DNA from: Planctomycetaceae bacterium
GTDB taxonomy: Bacteria; Planctomycetota; Planctomycetia; Pirellulales; PALSA-1355
Reading direction: 5' to 3'
Length of the DNA stretch: 64,000 bases
Assembly (NCBI GenBank): GCA_003153375.1
Contig: PLYM01000194.1
Location: 20,879 to 84,878, forward strand
Shown in pieces: positions 49,285 to 59,888 of the stretch. Below the pieces are notes generated by a model. That model was not told the origin of the DNA, made no database searches, and saw nothing but the letters and a program-made list of their open reading frames with translations. Numbering within the stretch: the first letter of the stretch is position 1; each line of letters starts with the position of its first letter. Made by a program: the position numbers and the translations under genes.

Positions 49285-50418
49285 ATGATCCGAGCCACGG
49301 AACCGACCCTGCGGTTGATTCGCGAAAAAGTCGAAGCCGGCGTCCGCTTGTCGCTGGATGAAGGCATCTACTTGTATCGCCCCGACGTGCCGCTGCCCGA
49401 GGTGGGCGAGTTGGCCAACCTGGTGCGCGAGCGCAAGAACGGCAACCGCGCCTACTACAACATCAACACGCATCTGAACCCGACCAACGTCTGCGTTTAT
49501 CGTTGCGTGTTCTGCGCCTTCCGCTCCGACCTGCGCAGCCCCAAGGGCTATTTGATGAGCGACGAGCAGATTCTGGCTCGCGGTCAGGAAGCGGTCGATT
49601 GCGGCGCCACCGAGATGCACATCGTCGGCGGCCTGCACCATCAGATGAAGTATGAGTGGTATCTGAACCTGATTCGCATCCTGCACGACGCCTATCCCCG
49701 GCTGCACCTGAAAGCCTGGACCGGCGTCGAGCTGGACTGGTTCGCCCGCATGACGGGCCGGCCCATGCGCTCAATCCTCGAAGAAATGATCGAAGCCGGC
49801 TTGGGCAGCCTGCCGGGCGGCGGGGCCGAGATTTTCCACCCCGAGGTGCGCGACCGGATTTGCGAGCACAAAGCCGACGCCGGCCGCTGGATCGACATCC
49901 ACCGCACCGCCCACTCGCTGGGCATTCGCTCGAACGCCACGATGCTCTATGGCCACCTCGAGAACTCGTTTCACCGGGTCGATCACCTGATCCGCCTCCG
50001 CGAGCTGCAAGACGAGACCGGCGGCTTTCAGACCTTCGTCCCGCTGGCCTTCCATCCCGAAAACACCGGTCTGAGCGAGATCAAAAAGGCCTCGGGCGTG
50101 ATGGACCTGCGCACCGTGGCCGTGGCCCGGCTGATGCTCGACAATTTCGACCACGTGAAGGCCTATTGGATTATGCTGGGTGTGGGCACCGCGCAGACAG
50201 CCTTGGCTTATGGCGCCGACGACCTCGACGGCACCGTGCGGCACGAATTGATCTATCACGATGCCGGGGCCACGACCCCGGAAGTGCTGTCGGTCGAGGA
50301 GATTCGCCGCCTGATCGTGGAGGCCGGCCGCGAGCCGGTCGAGCGCGACACGCTTTACCATCGTGTCGTGCGCGAGGGAGCCAACTGGCATTCCGCCGAG
50401 CCGATCGCCACCGGCTGA
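49285..50418 (+). CDS. radical SAM futalosine-pathway enzyme (MqnE-like aminofutalosine synthase; MqnC not excluded)
   Basis: 'NINTHLNPTNVCVYRCVFCAF' is a CxxxCxxC cluster. 'KAWTGVELDW' and 'GLGSLPGGGAEIF' are also present. Confidence 0.75.
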   Translation: MIRATEPTLRLIREKVEAGVRLSLDEGIYLYRPDVPLPEVGELANLVRERKNGNRAYYNINTHLNPTNVCVYRCVFCAFRSDLRSPKGYLMSDEQILARGQEAVDCGATEMHIVGGLHHQMKYEWYLNLIRILHDAYPRLHLKAWTGVELDWFARMTGRPMRSILEEMIEAGLGSLPGGGAEIFHPEVRDRICEHKADAGRWIDIHRTAHSLGIRSNATMLYGHLENSFHRVDHLIRLRELQDETGGFQTFVPLAFHPENTGLSEIKKASGVMDLRTVAVARLMLDNFDHVKAYWIMLGVGTAQTALAYGADDLDGTVRHELIYHDAGATTPEVLSVEEIRRLIVEAGREPVERDTLYHRVVREGANWHSAEPIATG

Positions 50419-50457
50419 GTGCAACGTTCCGGGCATTAATTAACAAAGAGTCGCCAC

Positions 50458-51297
50458 ATGCCGATCCAACGCCGCCTGGTTCAGGTGTCTGCCCAAGCGG
50501 CGTTGGTAATCTGCATTGCCTTTTCGTTGACCGCGCCTTCGGGCGCGGCGACGCTCAAGATGGGCGTGCTGGGGGATAGCATGAGCGCCGGCACGGGCAG
50601 CTCCTACGGCGAGTTCCCCAATTGGCTGACGCAACTTTCGAGCGCCGGCAAATTCACGATCCCGTCGGGCGCTGACGCGGCCGTGGGCGGCGCGCGGGTC
50701 GCCGATCTGAGCGGCCAGTTCAATTCCAGCGGTTTTCAAGCCGCCCTGCCCTCGCTCAACTACGCTGTCGTCATCATGGGCGGCAACGACGCCACGGCCA
50801 TGGGGCTTGACCCGTCGACCATTCCCACATTCATCCACGACGTGGTTGCCGATATCGCTAGCGTCATGAACGCGATTCACACCGCCAATCCGGCCGCGCA
50901 CCGCATCGTGGCCACGGTCCCCGATGTGTTCGTTACGCCTCTGGTTCAGCAATATGTGACCCAATTGGGCATTTCGCCGGGCCAGATCAGCGCGGCCGAA
51001 GCGGCGATTCAAGTCGCCAACAGCCAGATCATTGCGTTTGCCATCAACAACCAGATTCCCGTCATCGATCTCTACGCGGCCACGGCCACCGTCACTCCTC
51101 CGCCGCCCAGCGCCCAGACCGGGCTGATCACCAGTGGATCGGTCGTGATCGATGGCTACACGTTTACAGCGACGACTGGGCTGTTCTCGTCCGACAATTT
51201 CCATCCCGGCCCAATCGTGCATGGCCTGTTGGCCAACATGGTGATCGGTGCAGCCGACAAGGGCTATGCGGCGGGCCTGACCGCGATCAGTGATTAA
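50458..51297 (+). CDS. SGNH/GDSL hydrolase family protein, secreted
   Basis: Signal peptide, 'VLGDSMSAG' (block I), 'VVIMGGNDA' (block III) and 'DNFHPG' (block V). Confidence 0.8.
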   Translation: MPIQRRLVQVSAQAALVICIAFSLTAPSGAATLKMGVLGDSMSAGTGSSYGEFPNWLTQLSSAGKFTIPSGADAAVGGARVADLSGQFNSSGFQAALPSLNYAVVIMGGNDATAMGLDPSTIPTFIHDVVADIASVMNAIHTANPAAHRIVATVPDVFVTPLVQQYVTQLGISPGQISAAEAAIQVANSQIIAFAINNQIPVIDLYAATATVTPPPPSAQTGLITSGSVVIDGYTFTATTGLFSSDNFHPGPIVHGLLANMVIGAADKGYAAGLTAISD

Positions 51298-51361
51298 ACG
51301 CTCGTGCAGACGGTGGGCAAAACTCCCGTCGGCGGGCCGACGTTTTACAACGTCAGCCCCC

Positions 51362-51463
51362 TATGTCCTGGTGCCCGAGCCGAGCAGCGTGGCACTCGCA
51401 GGCCTGGCATTGGCCATGGTGAGCGGTCGTCTGGCGATTCGGCGTCGACTCGGGTGCTGCTAG
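51362..51463 (+). pseudogene. detached PEP-CTERM anchor remnant
   Basis: The +1 frame reads YVLVPEPSSVALAGLALAMVSGRLAIRRRLGCC*. It is separated from the SGNH gene by a TAA and a 1-nt frame offset in a C-run. Confidence 0.55.
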
Positions 51464-51469
51464 AAGTTC

Positions 51470-51661
51470 TCAGTCGCGGATAGACGGGTTGGGCGTGTCG
51501 GTCACGCTGAAGCCCGCTAAGGCTCCATTCTTCGCGTTCGTACGCGTCATCGAGGCCTGGTCCGAATCCGTTCCGCCCAGCGTTCCGCGCAGCCAGTCAG
51601 CGGCGGTGCATCCCGGCAGTGCCACTGCAAGCACGATAGCGACCATCAGTACCCTTCTCAT
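51470..51661 (-). CDS. small lipoprotein
   Basis: MRRVLMVAIVLAVALPGC carries a lipobox. Confidence 0.5.
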   Translation of the reverse strand: MRRVLMVAIVLAVALPGCTAADWLRGTLGGTDSDQASMTRTNAKNGALAGFSVTDTPNPSIRD

Positions 51662-51771
51662 CGTGCGGTCCTTGATGCTGGTTCCCAGCTTGCCGGCCCA
51701 GAACACCAAGGAACTTATCGGCAAAAGAGCGATTCAAGCCACAGCCGCGGTGTTCCAGCAGGTATCCATTC

Positions 51772-53955
51772 TCACCCCACGTCGGCCAGATCGAGCGATT
51801 TTCCATACCGCACCAGGGCCATGCGCCGCAACAGGGCGTGCTCGGGTTGGGTAAGTTGAGGGTCCAACTCCACGAGTCTGCGGGCGTCGAGCCGCGCCTC
51901 CTCAACCGTGGCCGCGTCGCGCACCAGGTCGGCGATGCGCAGCGGCGGAAGGCCGTGCTGCCGCGTTCCCAACAGATTGCCAGGACCGCGCAGCGAAAAG
52001 TCGAGTTCGGCCAGCCGGAAACCGTCGGTCGAGTTGACAAACGCTTGCAGTCGTTCGACCGCCGCTTCGTTGGCCGCATTGGCAAACAGGCAGCAATAGC
52101 CGGGAAAAGAACCGCGACTGACCCGGCCGCGCAGTTGATGGAGTTGTGCCAGACCAAAACGCTCGGCGCTTTCGATCGTCATCAACGTCGCGTTCGGCAC
52201 GTCGACGCCGACTTCGACCACCGAAGTGGCCACCAGCACCTGAATGTCTCCCTGGCGAAACGCGCTCATCACGGCATGTTTCTCCCCCGGAGTCATGCGG
52301 CCGTGAATCAGTCCCAGCCGAAACGCCTCAAGCTCGCCATTGGCCAGCGATTCGTAGGCGGCCTCGAGGCTGGCCGTGGCGACAGGCGATGTCTCCTCAT
52401 TCGCCAGTTCGTCCTCATCCGCTGGCACCGTTTCGCCGAGAGTTTCGGTTTCTCCGCCGCCGTCGGCCACAAGCGGCGCAACAACGTAGCCCTGCCGCCC
52501 TTCGCGCAGCTTTTTGCGAAAGAACTCCCACCAACGGCCGCGCTCCTCGGCCGGCGGCAGATACGTGTGCGTGTTCTGCCGGCCGGGCGGACTGTCGCTC
52601 AACGTGGTGACGTCCAGGTCGCCGAACAGCGTCATCGTCACGGTCCGTGGAATGGGTGTCGCGGTCATTACCAAATAGTGCGGATGGACGGCTGAATTTT
52701 TCAGAGCCGCCCGCTGGCGAACGCCAAACTTGTGCTGCTCGTCGATCACGACCAGGCCCAAGCGGGCGAAGGGCACGTCACTGGCCACGACGGCTTGCGT
52801 GCCGACAACGATCTGGATCTCGCCCGAGGCAATCCGCGCCAGTAAATCTTGCCGAACGCGCGTGCTCTGCCCGCCGGTCAACAAGCCCAACCGGGTGTGG
52901 CTGCCGGCCAGTAGTCGGTCGAGCGTTTCGGCATGCTGCCGGGCGAGCACCTCGGTGGGGGCCATCAAGACGACTTGCGTCTGGTGGGCCACAGCCAAGA
53001 GCATGGCGTAGACGGCCACGATCGTTTTGCCGCTGCCGACATCGCCTTGCAGCAGCCGGTTCATGGGCTGGGGGCGGCCCATGTCGGCTGCGATCTCGGC
53101 TACGGCCTGATTTTGTCCGGCGGTCAAGTCAAACGGAAACAGCCGGCGAATTCTGGCGTCGATCTTGGCCGTTAGCTCGAGCGGAGTCGCGCGTAGCGCG
53201 TCGTGCATTTGCCGCCGTTTCAGCGCCAATGCCAACTGCAAAACCAACAGCTCCTGATAGACAAACCGCCGCCTAGCGTGCTCAAGGCTGGCCTGATCGT
53301 CTGGAAAATGAAGTTGCCGCAAGGCCGCGGAGATCGGCCAGAGTTGCTTCTGCTCGAGGAACGACTGGGGGAAAACCTCCTCCAGTTGATCGGCGCAATC
53401 ATCGAGCACGCGACGGACCAGTTGGCGAACGTGGCGCATTGCCAGCCCCTCCGTCAGCGGATAGATCGGCAGCAGCTGGCTGGGGGTGACCACCGTTGGC
53501 GCGGCGGTGGCATCATCCTCGACGTCGACAACTTGCACGTGCGGGTGAACCATCTCCCAGCGAATGCCGCGGCGGCGAGCTTTGCCGGACACCAGCAGAA
53601 GCTGCCCGCGGCGATACTTCTCACGCAGAAAAGGTTGATTGAACCACAGCGCGCGTAAAAAGCCCGCCCCTTGCCGCAGCAGCACGCCCAGCACCGAGCG
53701 TCCGCCGCCGCTGTCGCGCAGCTCGACCTCCTCGACCGTTCCCAGCACGCTGAGCAAGGGGCCCTCTTCCAGCTGATCGATGTCGCGCAGGTCGGTCAGG
53801 TCCTGATAGCCGCGGGGGAAGAAGAACAGCAGATCGCGCACCGTGTGCACGCCCAGGCGGCCCAGCTGCTCGGCCCGAGGGCCGCCGCAGCCTTTGACGA
53901 ATTGTACGGGCGTCGTCAGTTCGAGCGGAGGCGACTTGTCCGAAGTCTTGGCCAT
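51772..53955 (-). CDS. recG: ATP-dependent DNA helicase RecG
   Basis: Walker A 'GDVGSGKT', 'DEQH', helicase C motifs and an N-terminal wedge region. Confidence 0.95.
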   Translation of the reverse strand: MAKTSDKSPPLELTTPVQFVKGCGGPRAEQLGRLGVHTVRDLLFFFPRGYQDLTDLRDIDQLEEGPLLSVLGTVEEVELRDSGGGRSVLGVLLRQGAGFLRALWFNQPFLREKYRRGQLLLVSGKARRRGIRWEMVHPHVQVVDVEDDATAAPTVVTPSQLLPIYPLTEGLAMRHVRQLVRRVLDDCADQLEEVFPQSFLEQKQLWPISAALRQLHFPDDQASLEHARRRFVYQELLVLQLALALKRRQMHDALRATPLELTAKIDARIRRLFPFDLTAGQNQAVAEIAADMGRPQPMNRLLQGDVGSGKTIVAVYAMLLAVAHQTQVVLMAPTEVLARQHAETLDRLLAGSHTRLGLLTGGQSTRVRQDLLARIASGEIQIVVGTQAVVASDVPFARLGLVVIDEQHKFGVRQRAALKNSAVHPHYLVMTATPIPRTVTMTLFGDLDVTTLSDSPPGRQNTHTYLPPAEERGRWWEFFRKKLREGRQGYVVAPLVADGGGETETLGETVPADEDELANEETSPVATASLEAAYESLANGELEAFRLGLIHGRMTPGEKHAVMSAFRQGDIQVLVATSVVEVGVDVPNATLMTIESAERFGLAQLHQLRGRVSRGSFPGYCCLFANAANEAAVERLQAFVNSTDGFRLAELDFSLRGPGNLLGTRQHGLPPLRIADLVRDAATVEEARLDARRLVELDPQLTQPEHALLRRMALVRYGKSLDLADVG

Positions 53956-54042
53956 ACCATCATTGTATCGGCCCTGCGACCCATGATGAGGGGGTCGCAT
54001 TCAGCGAGGGGTTGAGTGGACCTCGCCGCGGCACTCCCGCTC

Positions 54043-54534
54043 TTACGGCTTCCGCCGGGCGCCGAGAAATTGCTGATAAGCCGCCACGGCCAGCTCGTCA
54101 CAGCGGTCGTTTTCGGGATGGCCGCTGTGCCCGGCGACGCGGATGTAGGTGAGATGGTGCAGTGAGATCAACTCGTCCAGGCGTCGCCACAGGTCTTCAT
54201 TCTTTACTTCCTTCCACTGGCTGCCCTCGCGGCGACGCCAGCCGTTAGCTTTCCACTTGGGCATCCACTCGACCAGTCCCTTGCCGACGTAGACGCTGTC
54301 GGTCATGAGCTTGACGTGCGACGGCTTTTTGAGAGCTTCGAAGCCGCGGACGACGGCCGTCAACTCCATGCGGTTGTTGGTCGTTTCTTGCTCCCCACCT
54401 GATCGTTCGAGCTCTTTGTTCGAAGCCGGATGCCGCAGGATGAAGGCCCAGCCGCCCGGGCCGGGGTTGCCGCTGCAACCCCCGTCGGTGAACAGTTCGA
54501 CCAGATCAGCAGCAGTTTTTGCTTCAGGTGCCAT
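54043..54534 (-). CDS. rnhA: ribonuclease HI
   Basis: 'LFTDGGCSGNPGPGGWAFIL...TNNRMEL...DSVYV' are canonical. Confidence 0.95.
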   Translation of the reverse strand: MAPEAKTAADLVELFTDGGCSGNPGPGGWAFILRHPASNKELERSGGEQETTNNRMELTAVVRGFEALKKPSHVKLMTDSVYVGKGLVEWMPKWKANGWRRREGSQWKEVKNEDLWRRLDELISLHHLTYIRVAGHSGHPENDRCDELAVAAYQQFLGARRKP

Positions 54535-54633
54535 GGCGGCTCATGGTACTGAAATCTGCGAAAATAGAAAGGCGACCTGGCCGCCGCATGGCCCTTTCGC
54601 TGACTCGATCACGAGATTGACGGACGCAACGAT

Positions 54634-56391
54634 TCAAGACGTTGTGGCAGGAGCCTCGAGCGTGCGAAGATAATCGGCGCGGCGCGCTTTGACCAGCTCA
54701 TCGGCGCCGTTGGCGGCAGCTGGTTCGAAGCGCGGCTGATCGGCCCGCGTCCATGGCAGCGCGACCGTGAACGTGCTGCCCTTGCCGAGCTCGCTTTCCA
54801 ACGAGATTTCGCCGCCCAGCAGCTTGCAAAGCTCCTTGACGATGGAGAGCCCAAGTCCGGTGCCCGAGTATTCGCGGGTCATGGCGTCGCCGCCGGTGAG
54901 CACCGATTTGCCTTGGCGGAACTTCTCAAAAATCGTCACGGTGTCCTCCGGCGCGATTCCCACTCCCGTGTCGGTTACCTTGAGCAGCAACTGGTTCGCC
55001 TCGCCACGGTGAGCGCTGACGACGATTCGCCCCCCCTCGGGCGTGAACTTAATCGCGTTCGATAGCAGGTTGTTAAGGATCTGCTGCACTTTGGCCTGAT
55101 CCTGGAACATCTCGGGCAGATCGGGATCGATCTGAGTTTCCAGATCGATGTTCTTCCGCTCGGTCAGCGGCCGAGCCATGTCGCACTGGGCGGATACGAC
55201 GCCGCCGATACGAAAATCGGAGAGCCGGACCTCCATTTTGCCGCTTTCGATCTTGGCCAGGTCCAGAATGTCATTGATCATTTCCAGCAGCACCTTGCCG
55301 GAAGTCTGGATGTTGCGCAGATAGCGCTTCTGCTTGTCATCGAGCGAGGCGATCGACTCCAGCACGTCGCTGAAGCCGATGATCGCGTTGAGCGGCGTAC
55401 GCAGCTCGTGGCTCATCGTTGCCAAAAAGTCGCTCTTCAGCCGGTTCATTTCATAGAGTCGCATGTTGGCCTGCGCCAATTCGTCGACCTTCACGTTCAG
55501 GTTGCCGTTGACGTCCTTCAGCTCCTCCTGGTTGTTGGCCAATTGGCGCAACATGCGGTTGAAGGCCGTGGCCAGCTTCTCGAACTCGTCGCCGGTATGC
55601 AGTTCGGCCCGCAACGAGATGTCGCCGTGGCTGATGCGATCGCTCACGTCGCGCAGGTGTGCCAGCGGCTTGACGATCACATAGCGAACGATCGCATACG
55701 AGGCCCACATGGCCATGAAAACCGTAAAGATGGCCGTGCCCAACAGGATCGCATGGTTCCGCCGCGTGGCATCCTGCGTTTTGCCGTCAGGCAGCGAAAT
55801 CTTGACCACCGATACCAGATCGCCGACGTCTTGGGGCGGGCCGCCGGCCACGCCGAGGTTCAAGCTGGCGTGGCACAACGCGCATTGCGCATTCGTGATC
55901 CGAATCGGTGCGTAGTATTGGTACTCAGGCTGAGCGTCGACCGTGACCCGGCGCTCCTCATACTCATAACTTGGGGAGGCGGTCTTGTCGGCCTCTTCTT
56001 TGGTCGGTGGACGCCGCATGAATTTGTTGAGGATGCTGGCCTCAAAGCCGTCCTCGACGCTCGATCCGTCTTCCAGCGGGCGGATGAAGTCCCAGTGATA
56101 CTGGCGGCTGGCCAGGCCCTTGCCCAAGTCCTGCACGAACTCGCCGAAGTCCTGGCCCCACTTTTTGTCTTCGTCGCTCTGCCAGAACTTCCAGTGGTGC
56201 ATCACGATGATCGACTCGACCAGCCCGCGGGCCGATTCGCGACTGGCCTCGAGCACCAGGTCCTCGGTGCTGCGACCGTACCACCAAAAGCTGCCGGTGA
56301 TCAGCACCAACAGACAACCGCCGAATAAGAAGCGGCACTTCCGCTCCAGGCTGGTTTCGCCCAACACGCGTTTGAGCGTGCGATATGACAT
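54634..56391 (-). CDS. membrane sensor histidine kinase with HAMP domain
   Basis: Two TM segments, HAMP, H-box 'FLATMSHELRTPLNAI', and N/G boxes. Confidence 0.85.
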   Translation of the reverse strand: MSYRTLKRVLGETSLERKCRFLFGGCLLVLITGSFWWYGRSTEDLVLEASRESARGLVESIIVMHHWKFWQSDEDKKWGQDFGEFVQDLGKGLASRQYHWDFIRPLEDGSSVEDGFEASILNKFMRRPPTKEEADKTASPSYEYEERRVTVDAQPEYQYYAPIRITNAQCALCHASLNLGVAGGPPQDVGDLVSVVKISLPDGKTQDATRRNHAILLGTAIFTVFMAMWASYAIVRYVIVKPLAHLRDVSDRISHGDISLRAELHTGDEFEKLATAFNRMLRQLANNQEELKDVNGNLNVKVDELAQANMRLYEMNRLKSDFLATMSHELRTPLNAIIGFSDVLESIASLDDKQKRYLRNIQTSGKVLLEMINDILDLAKIESGKMEVRLSDFRIGGVVSAQCDMARPLTERKNIDLETQIDPDLPEMFQDQAKVQQILNNLLSNAIKFTPEGGRIVVSAHRGEANQLLLKVTDTGVGIAPEDTVTIFEKFRQGKSVLTGGDAMTREYSGTGLGLSIVKELCKLLGGEISLESELGKGSTFTVALPWTRADQPRFEPAAANGADELVKARRADYLRTLEAPATTS

Positions 56392-56497
56392 GCGTCGGGT
56401 CGCTGGGTGAAGGGGTTTCCCTAACTTCTATAGTTTACGGCAATTCGGGGGCCAGCTCCAAGAGGAATGTGTGGTCGATTTCGTCCATCTTGGGCGA

Positions 56498-58801
56498 TCA
56501 AAGCATATCCAGAGGATCAATGTCGGCCATCCATAGCACTTCAGCAGGTGGCTTGAGCTCTGTGGTGGCTGTACGCACGGCCTGGCGCAGGGAGGGGCCA
56601 TCGCTGGCCTGGATCTGAATTTGAAAGCGAAAGTGCCCCCGCAATTTCGCGATTGGCGCGGGTGCCGGGCCCAGGATGCGGGCGGTGCACTGGGCCTTGT
56701 CGAGCGTCGTTCGCAGAAGCCGGGCCACTTCGTCGGCGAACTGACCGGTCGTCACTTCGGCTGGACCGCGAACCACGAGTCGCACCATCGAGCCAAATGG
56801 CGGGTAGCCGAGCGACTCACGAATCGGCAATTCGACGGCGGCAAAGGCGTCGTAGTCGTGGCGCACCGCCGCGGCGATGGCCGGATGATCGGGGCTAAAC
56901 GTTTGCACCAATACCCGGCCGCCACGATCGCCGCGGCCGGTGCGCCCGGCCACCTGCGTGACCAACTGAAAGGTGCGCTCGGCGGCGCGAAAATCGGGCA
57001 GGTGCAGCGCCGTGTCGGCGTTGATCACACCCACCAACGTGACGTTCGGAAAATCGAGTCCCTTGGCGATCATTTGCGTGCCCACCAAAATGCGCACCTC
57101 GCCGGCCCGAAACCGATCGAACGCCGCGGCGTGGCTCCCCGGTTTTTGCATGGCATCGGTGTCCATCCGCAGGCAGGTGTGCTGTGGAAAGCGGGCCCTC
57201 ACCTCGGCCTCGAGTCGTTGCGTTCCGAAGCCAGCATAACGGATGCCCTCGAAAGAACATTCTGGACAAACGGCCGGCGCTTTGACCTGGTAGTCACAGT
57301 AGTGGCAAAGCGCGATCTGCTGCTGCCAGTGATGCGTCAGTGCGATCGCGCAGTGGGGGCATTCGAGCACCATGCCGCAGGCCGGGCACTGAATGTGGGT
57401 TGAATAGCCACGGCGATTCAAAAGCAGGATGATCTGCCCTTCATCCTTCAAGGTCGCGTCCATCGCCAGGTACAACTGCCGGCTGATCGCGCCGCGGCTG
57501 CGTCGATCGCGATACGCATTGCGAAGGTCGATCGTGGCCACCGACGGCAATGGCCGGTCGTTGACCCGGCTGGGCAGCGAGATCAAACGAAACTGACCGC
57601 TTTGGGCCCGCTGCCAGCTCTCCAGCGAAGGAGTCGCCGAACCCAGCACCAGCGGAATCTTCTCGGCGCGGGCCCGTTCGAGCGCCACGTCGCGGGCGTT
57701 ATAGCGAGGCGCACTGTCTTGCTTGAACGAGCTCTCGTGCTCTTCGTCGAGCACGATGATGCCCAGATTGGGTGTTGGCGCAAAAATCGCGCTCCGTGCG
57801 CCAACGACTAGTGACACGCGTCCGTCGGCGATCTGTTCCCAGTGGCGCCGCCGCTGAGCGTCGGTCAAATGGCTGTGCAGCAGAGCCACGTCGCCGAACC
57901 GCGAGCGGAAGCGGGCCTCGGTCTGGGGCGTCAGGCTGATTTCAGGCACCAGCACGATCGCTTGCCGGCCGAAACGCAAGACTTCCTGAATCGCCTGGAT
58001 GTAGACTTCGGTCTTGCCGCTGCCCGTCACGCCGTGCACGAGCACAGTCTGATGCTTGCGAGATTCGAGGCCCGAAAGAATGGCGGCGAGCGCGCGCTGC
58101 TGGTCGGCGTTGAGCGTCAGGTGCTCCTCGCGGGGATGCGCGGGCAGCGCGTCGAGCTCGCCGGCATCGACGCGCCGCGATTGAAATACAAGCAATCCCT
58201 TCTTGTGCAGCGTGTGAATCGATGCCGGCGTGCAGCGAGCGGCTCGGGCCAAGTGTCCGATCGCGACTGGCGCGGTCTGGCCAGCCAGGACGTCCAAGAT
58301 TCGCTTTTGAATCGGAGTGAATTTGAGCGATGCTAGCCGCGCGGCGACATGGTTTGGCAGCGAGACAAACTGAGTTTGGCGTGTGCCAGCCTGGCCGCGC
58401 ACGCCGGCCGGCACGACTGCTTCCAGCACCTGACCCCAAGCGCACAAGTAGTAGTCGGCCATCCACTCGGTCAGCCGCAGCATGGCCGGGCTCAACAGCG
58501 AACGGTCGTCGATGATGCTATCCAACGGCTTGAGACGCCGATTGCCCGCCAGGCGATTCTCCAGACGCACACAATAACCGGTGACCAGCCGATCCCCCTT
58601 GCCAAAGGGAGCCCGCACGCGCTGCCCGGCCACGATTCGGTCGCGCAGACCCGGGGGCACCAGGTAATCGAAAACCTGGGCCGGCCCCGTCGCGAAAACG
58701 AGCGTGGCCACGAACTGCTCGCGCGCATCGTCCTCTTCCCACGGAGCGGGATGCAGTTCGAAGAGACTTTGCTGCTCAGCTTTCATGCTATAATCCGACA
58801 C
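56498..58801 (-). CDS. priA: primosomal protein N' (replication restart helicase)
   Basis: 'GVTGSGKTEVY', 'DEEH', and the Cys-rich zinc region 'CPACGMVLECPHC...CHYCDY...CPEC'. Confidence 0.95.
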   Translation of the reverse strand: MSDYSMKAEQQSLFELHPAPWEEDDAREQFVATLVFATGPAQVFDYLVPPGLRDRIVAGQRVRAPFGKGDRLVTGYCVRLENRLAGNRRLKPLDSIIDDRSLLSPAMLRLTEWMADYYLCAWGQVLEAVVPAGVRGQAGTRQTQFVSLPNHVAARLASLKFTPIQKRILDVLAGQTAPVAIGHLARAARCTPASIHTLHKKGLLVFQSRRVDAGELDALPAHPREEHLTLNADQQRALAAILSGLESRKHQTVLVHGVTGSGKTEVYIQAIQEVLRFGRQAIVLVPEISLTPQTEARFRSRFGDVALLHSHLTDAQRRRHWEQIADGRVSLVVGARSAIFAPTPNLGIIVLDEEHESSFKQDSAPRYNARDVALERARAEKIPLVLGSATPSLESWQRAQSGQFRLISLPSRVNDRPLPSVATIDLRNAYRDRRSRGAISRQLYLAMDATLKDEGQIILLLNRRGYSTHIQCPACGMVLECPHCAIALTHHWQQQIALCHYCDYQVKAPAVCPECSFEGIRYAGFGTQRLEAEVRARFPQHTCLRMDTDAMQKPGSHAAAFDRFRAGEVRILVGTQMIAKGLDFPNVTLVGVINADTALHLPDFRAAERTFQLVTQVAGRTGRGDRGGRVLVQTFSPDHPAIAAAVRHDYDAFAAVELPIRESLGYPPFGSMVRLVVRGPAEVTTGQFADEVARLLRTTLDKAQCTARILGPAPAPIAKLRGHFRFQIQIQASDGPSLRQAVRTATTELKPPAEVLWMADIDPLDML

Positions 58802-58907
58802 CGCTTCCCCCCTGGCGGGAGGTGAGACGACTTACTTTATACATTGGTATGGCATTACGGTTCTGGCCGACGCGGCGGTTCGGACGCGAAAAAAGGGCAA
58901 ATGAGCG

Positions 58908-59549
58908 ATGCGGTTGGGGATTCTAGGAGGCACGTTCGATCCGGTCCATTATGGGCATCTGCTGCTGGCCGAGTCATGCCGAGAGGATTTGGCGCTGGAC
59001 CATATTTGGTTTCTGCCCACTGCCATGCCGCCGCACAAGCAGCAGCGCGTGGTCGCCACGACCAGTGCGCGCGTCGACATGCTCGAACTGGCCGTAGCCG
59101 GCCACTCGGGTTTTTCGGTTTGCACCTACGAAGCCGACCGGGGTGGTGTGAATTATACCGTTGAGACGCTCGCCCACTTCAAGGCCGAGGATCCCACGCA
59201 CGAGTTGTTCTTTTTGATGGGGGCCGACGCCCTTCGCGATTTGCCCACCTGGAAGGAGCCCCGGCGGCTTTGCGAGCTGGCTATTCCGGTGATTGTCGGA
59301 CGGGGCGATACCGACGCGCCGGGCAAGGCCGAGAAGCTCGATTGGCAAGGGCTCGCGGACCTGATCTCGCCAGAGCGTCTGGCCGCGATCCAAGAGCATC
59401 AGGTCTCGTTGACGCGCATCGACGTCAGCAGCAGCGACATCCGTGCCCGGGTCGCCACAGGGCGCACGATTCGCTATCGCACGCCACGAGCCGTCGAAAT
59501 GTATATCAAGACGAACGGCCTCTATCGGGCCCCAGCCGAGACGCCGTGA
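58908..59549 (+). CDS. nadD: nicotinate-nucleotide adenylyltransferase
   Basis: 'MRLGILGGTFDPVHYGHL' and '...SSSDIR'. Confidence 0.95.
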   Translation: MRLGILGGTFDPVHYGHLLLAESCREDLALDHIWFLPTAMPPHKQQRVVATTSARVDMLELAVAGHSGFSVCTYEADRGGVNYTVETLAHFKAEDPTHELFFLMGADALRDLPTWKEPRRLCELAIPVIVGRGDTDAPGKAEKLDWQGLADLISPERLAAIQEHQVSLTRIDVSSSDIRARVATGRTIRYRTPRAVEMYIKTNGLYRAPAETP

Positions 59550-59621
59550 GGCCGCGTGCTGCCGCCTTCGATGTAGCCCCGGCAGCGAGCGAATTTGCGG
59601 GATTGCGGTTGCCGTTGAGCG

Positions 59622-59888
59622 CTAAGCAGCACGCCGTGTGGCGAGCACGGTGTGCAGTTGAGGCGGCACCTTGTTGTCGACTTCAATCAGGTGGGGTACG
59701 TCGTTCAACCCGCTGAGCACCTGATCGAGCTGTTCGCGCGGCGACAGGGAGAGGTCGATGAAGACCCAACGGCGCCCCTGAAACTCACAGGCGCCGGCCG
59801 CCGAGCCGCCAAACCAATCCTGCCGTACGACAATACCGCAGCGGTTCGCCAGGCCAATCGCCTGGTCGAGCAGTTCCACCGTGTGCAT
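59622..59888 (-). CDS. hypothetical protein
   Basis: 88 aa from the internal ATG (MHTVELLDQAIG...). No domain recognised. Confidence 0.4.
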   Translation of the reverse strand: MHTVELLDQAIGLANRCGIVVRQDWFGGSAAGACEFQGRRWVFIDLSLSPREQLDQVLSGLNDVPHLIEVDNKVPPQLHTVLATRRAA

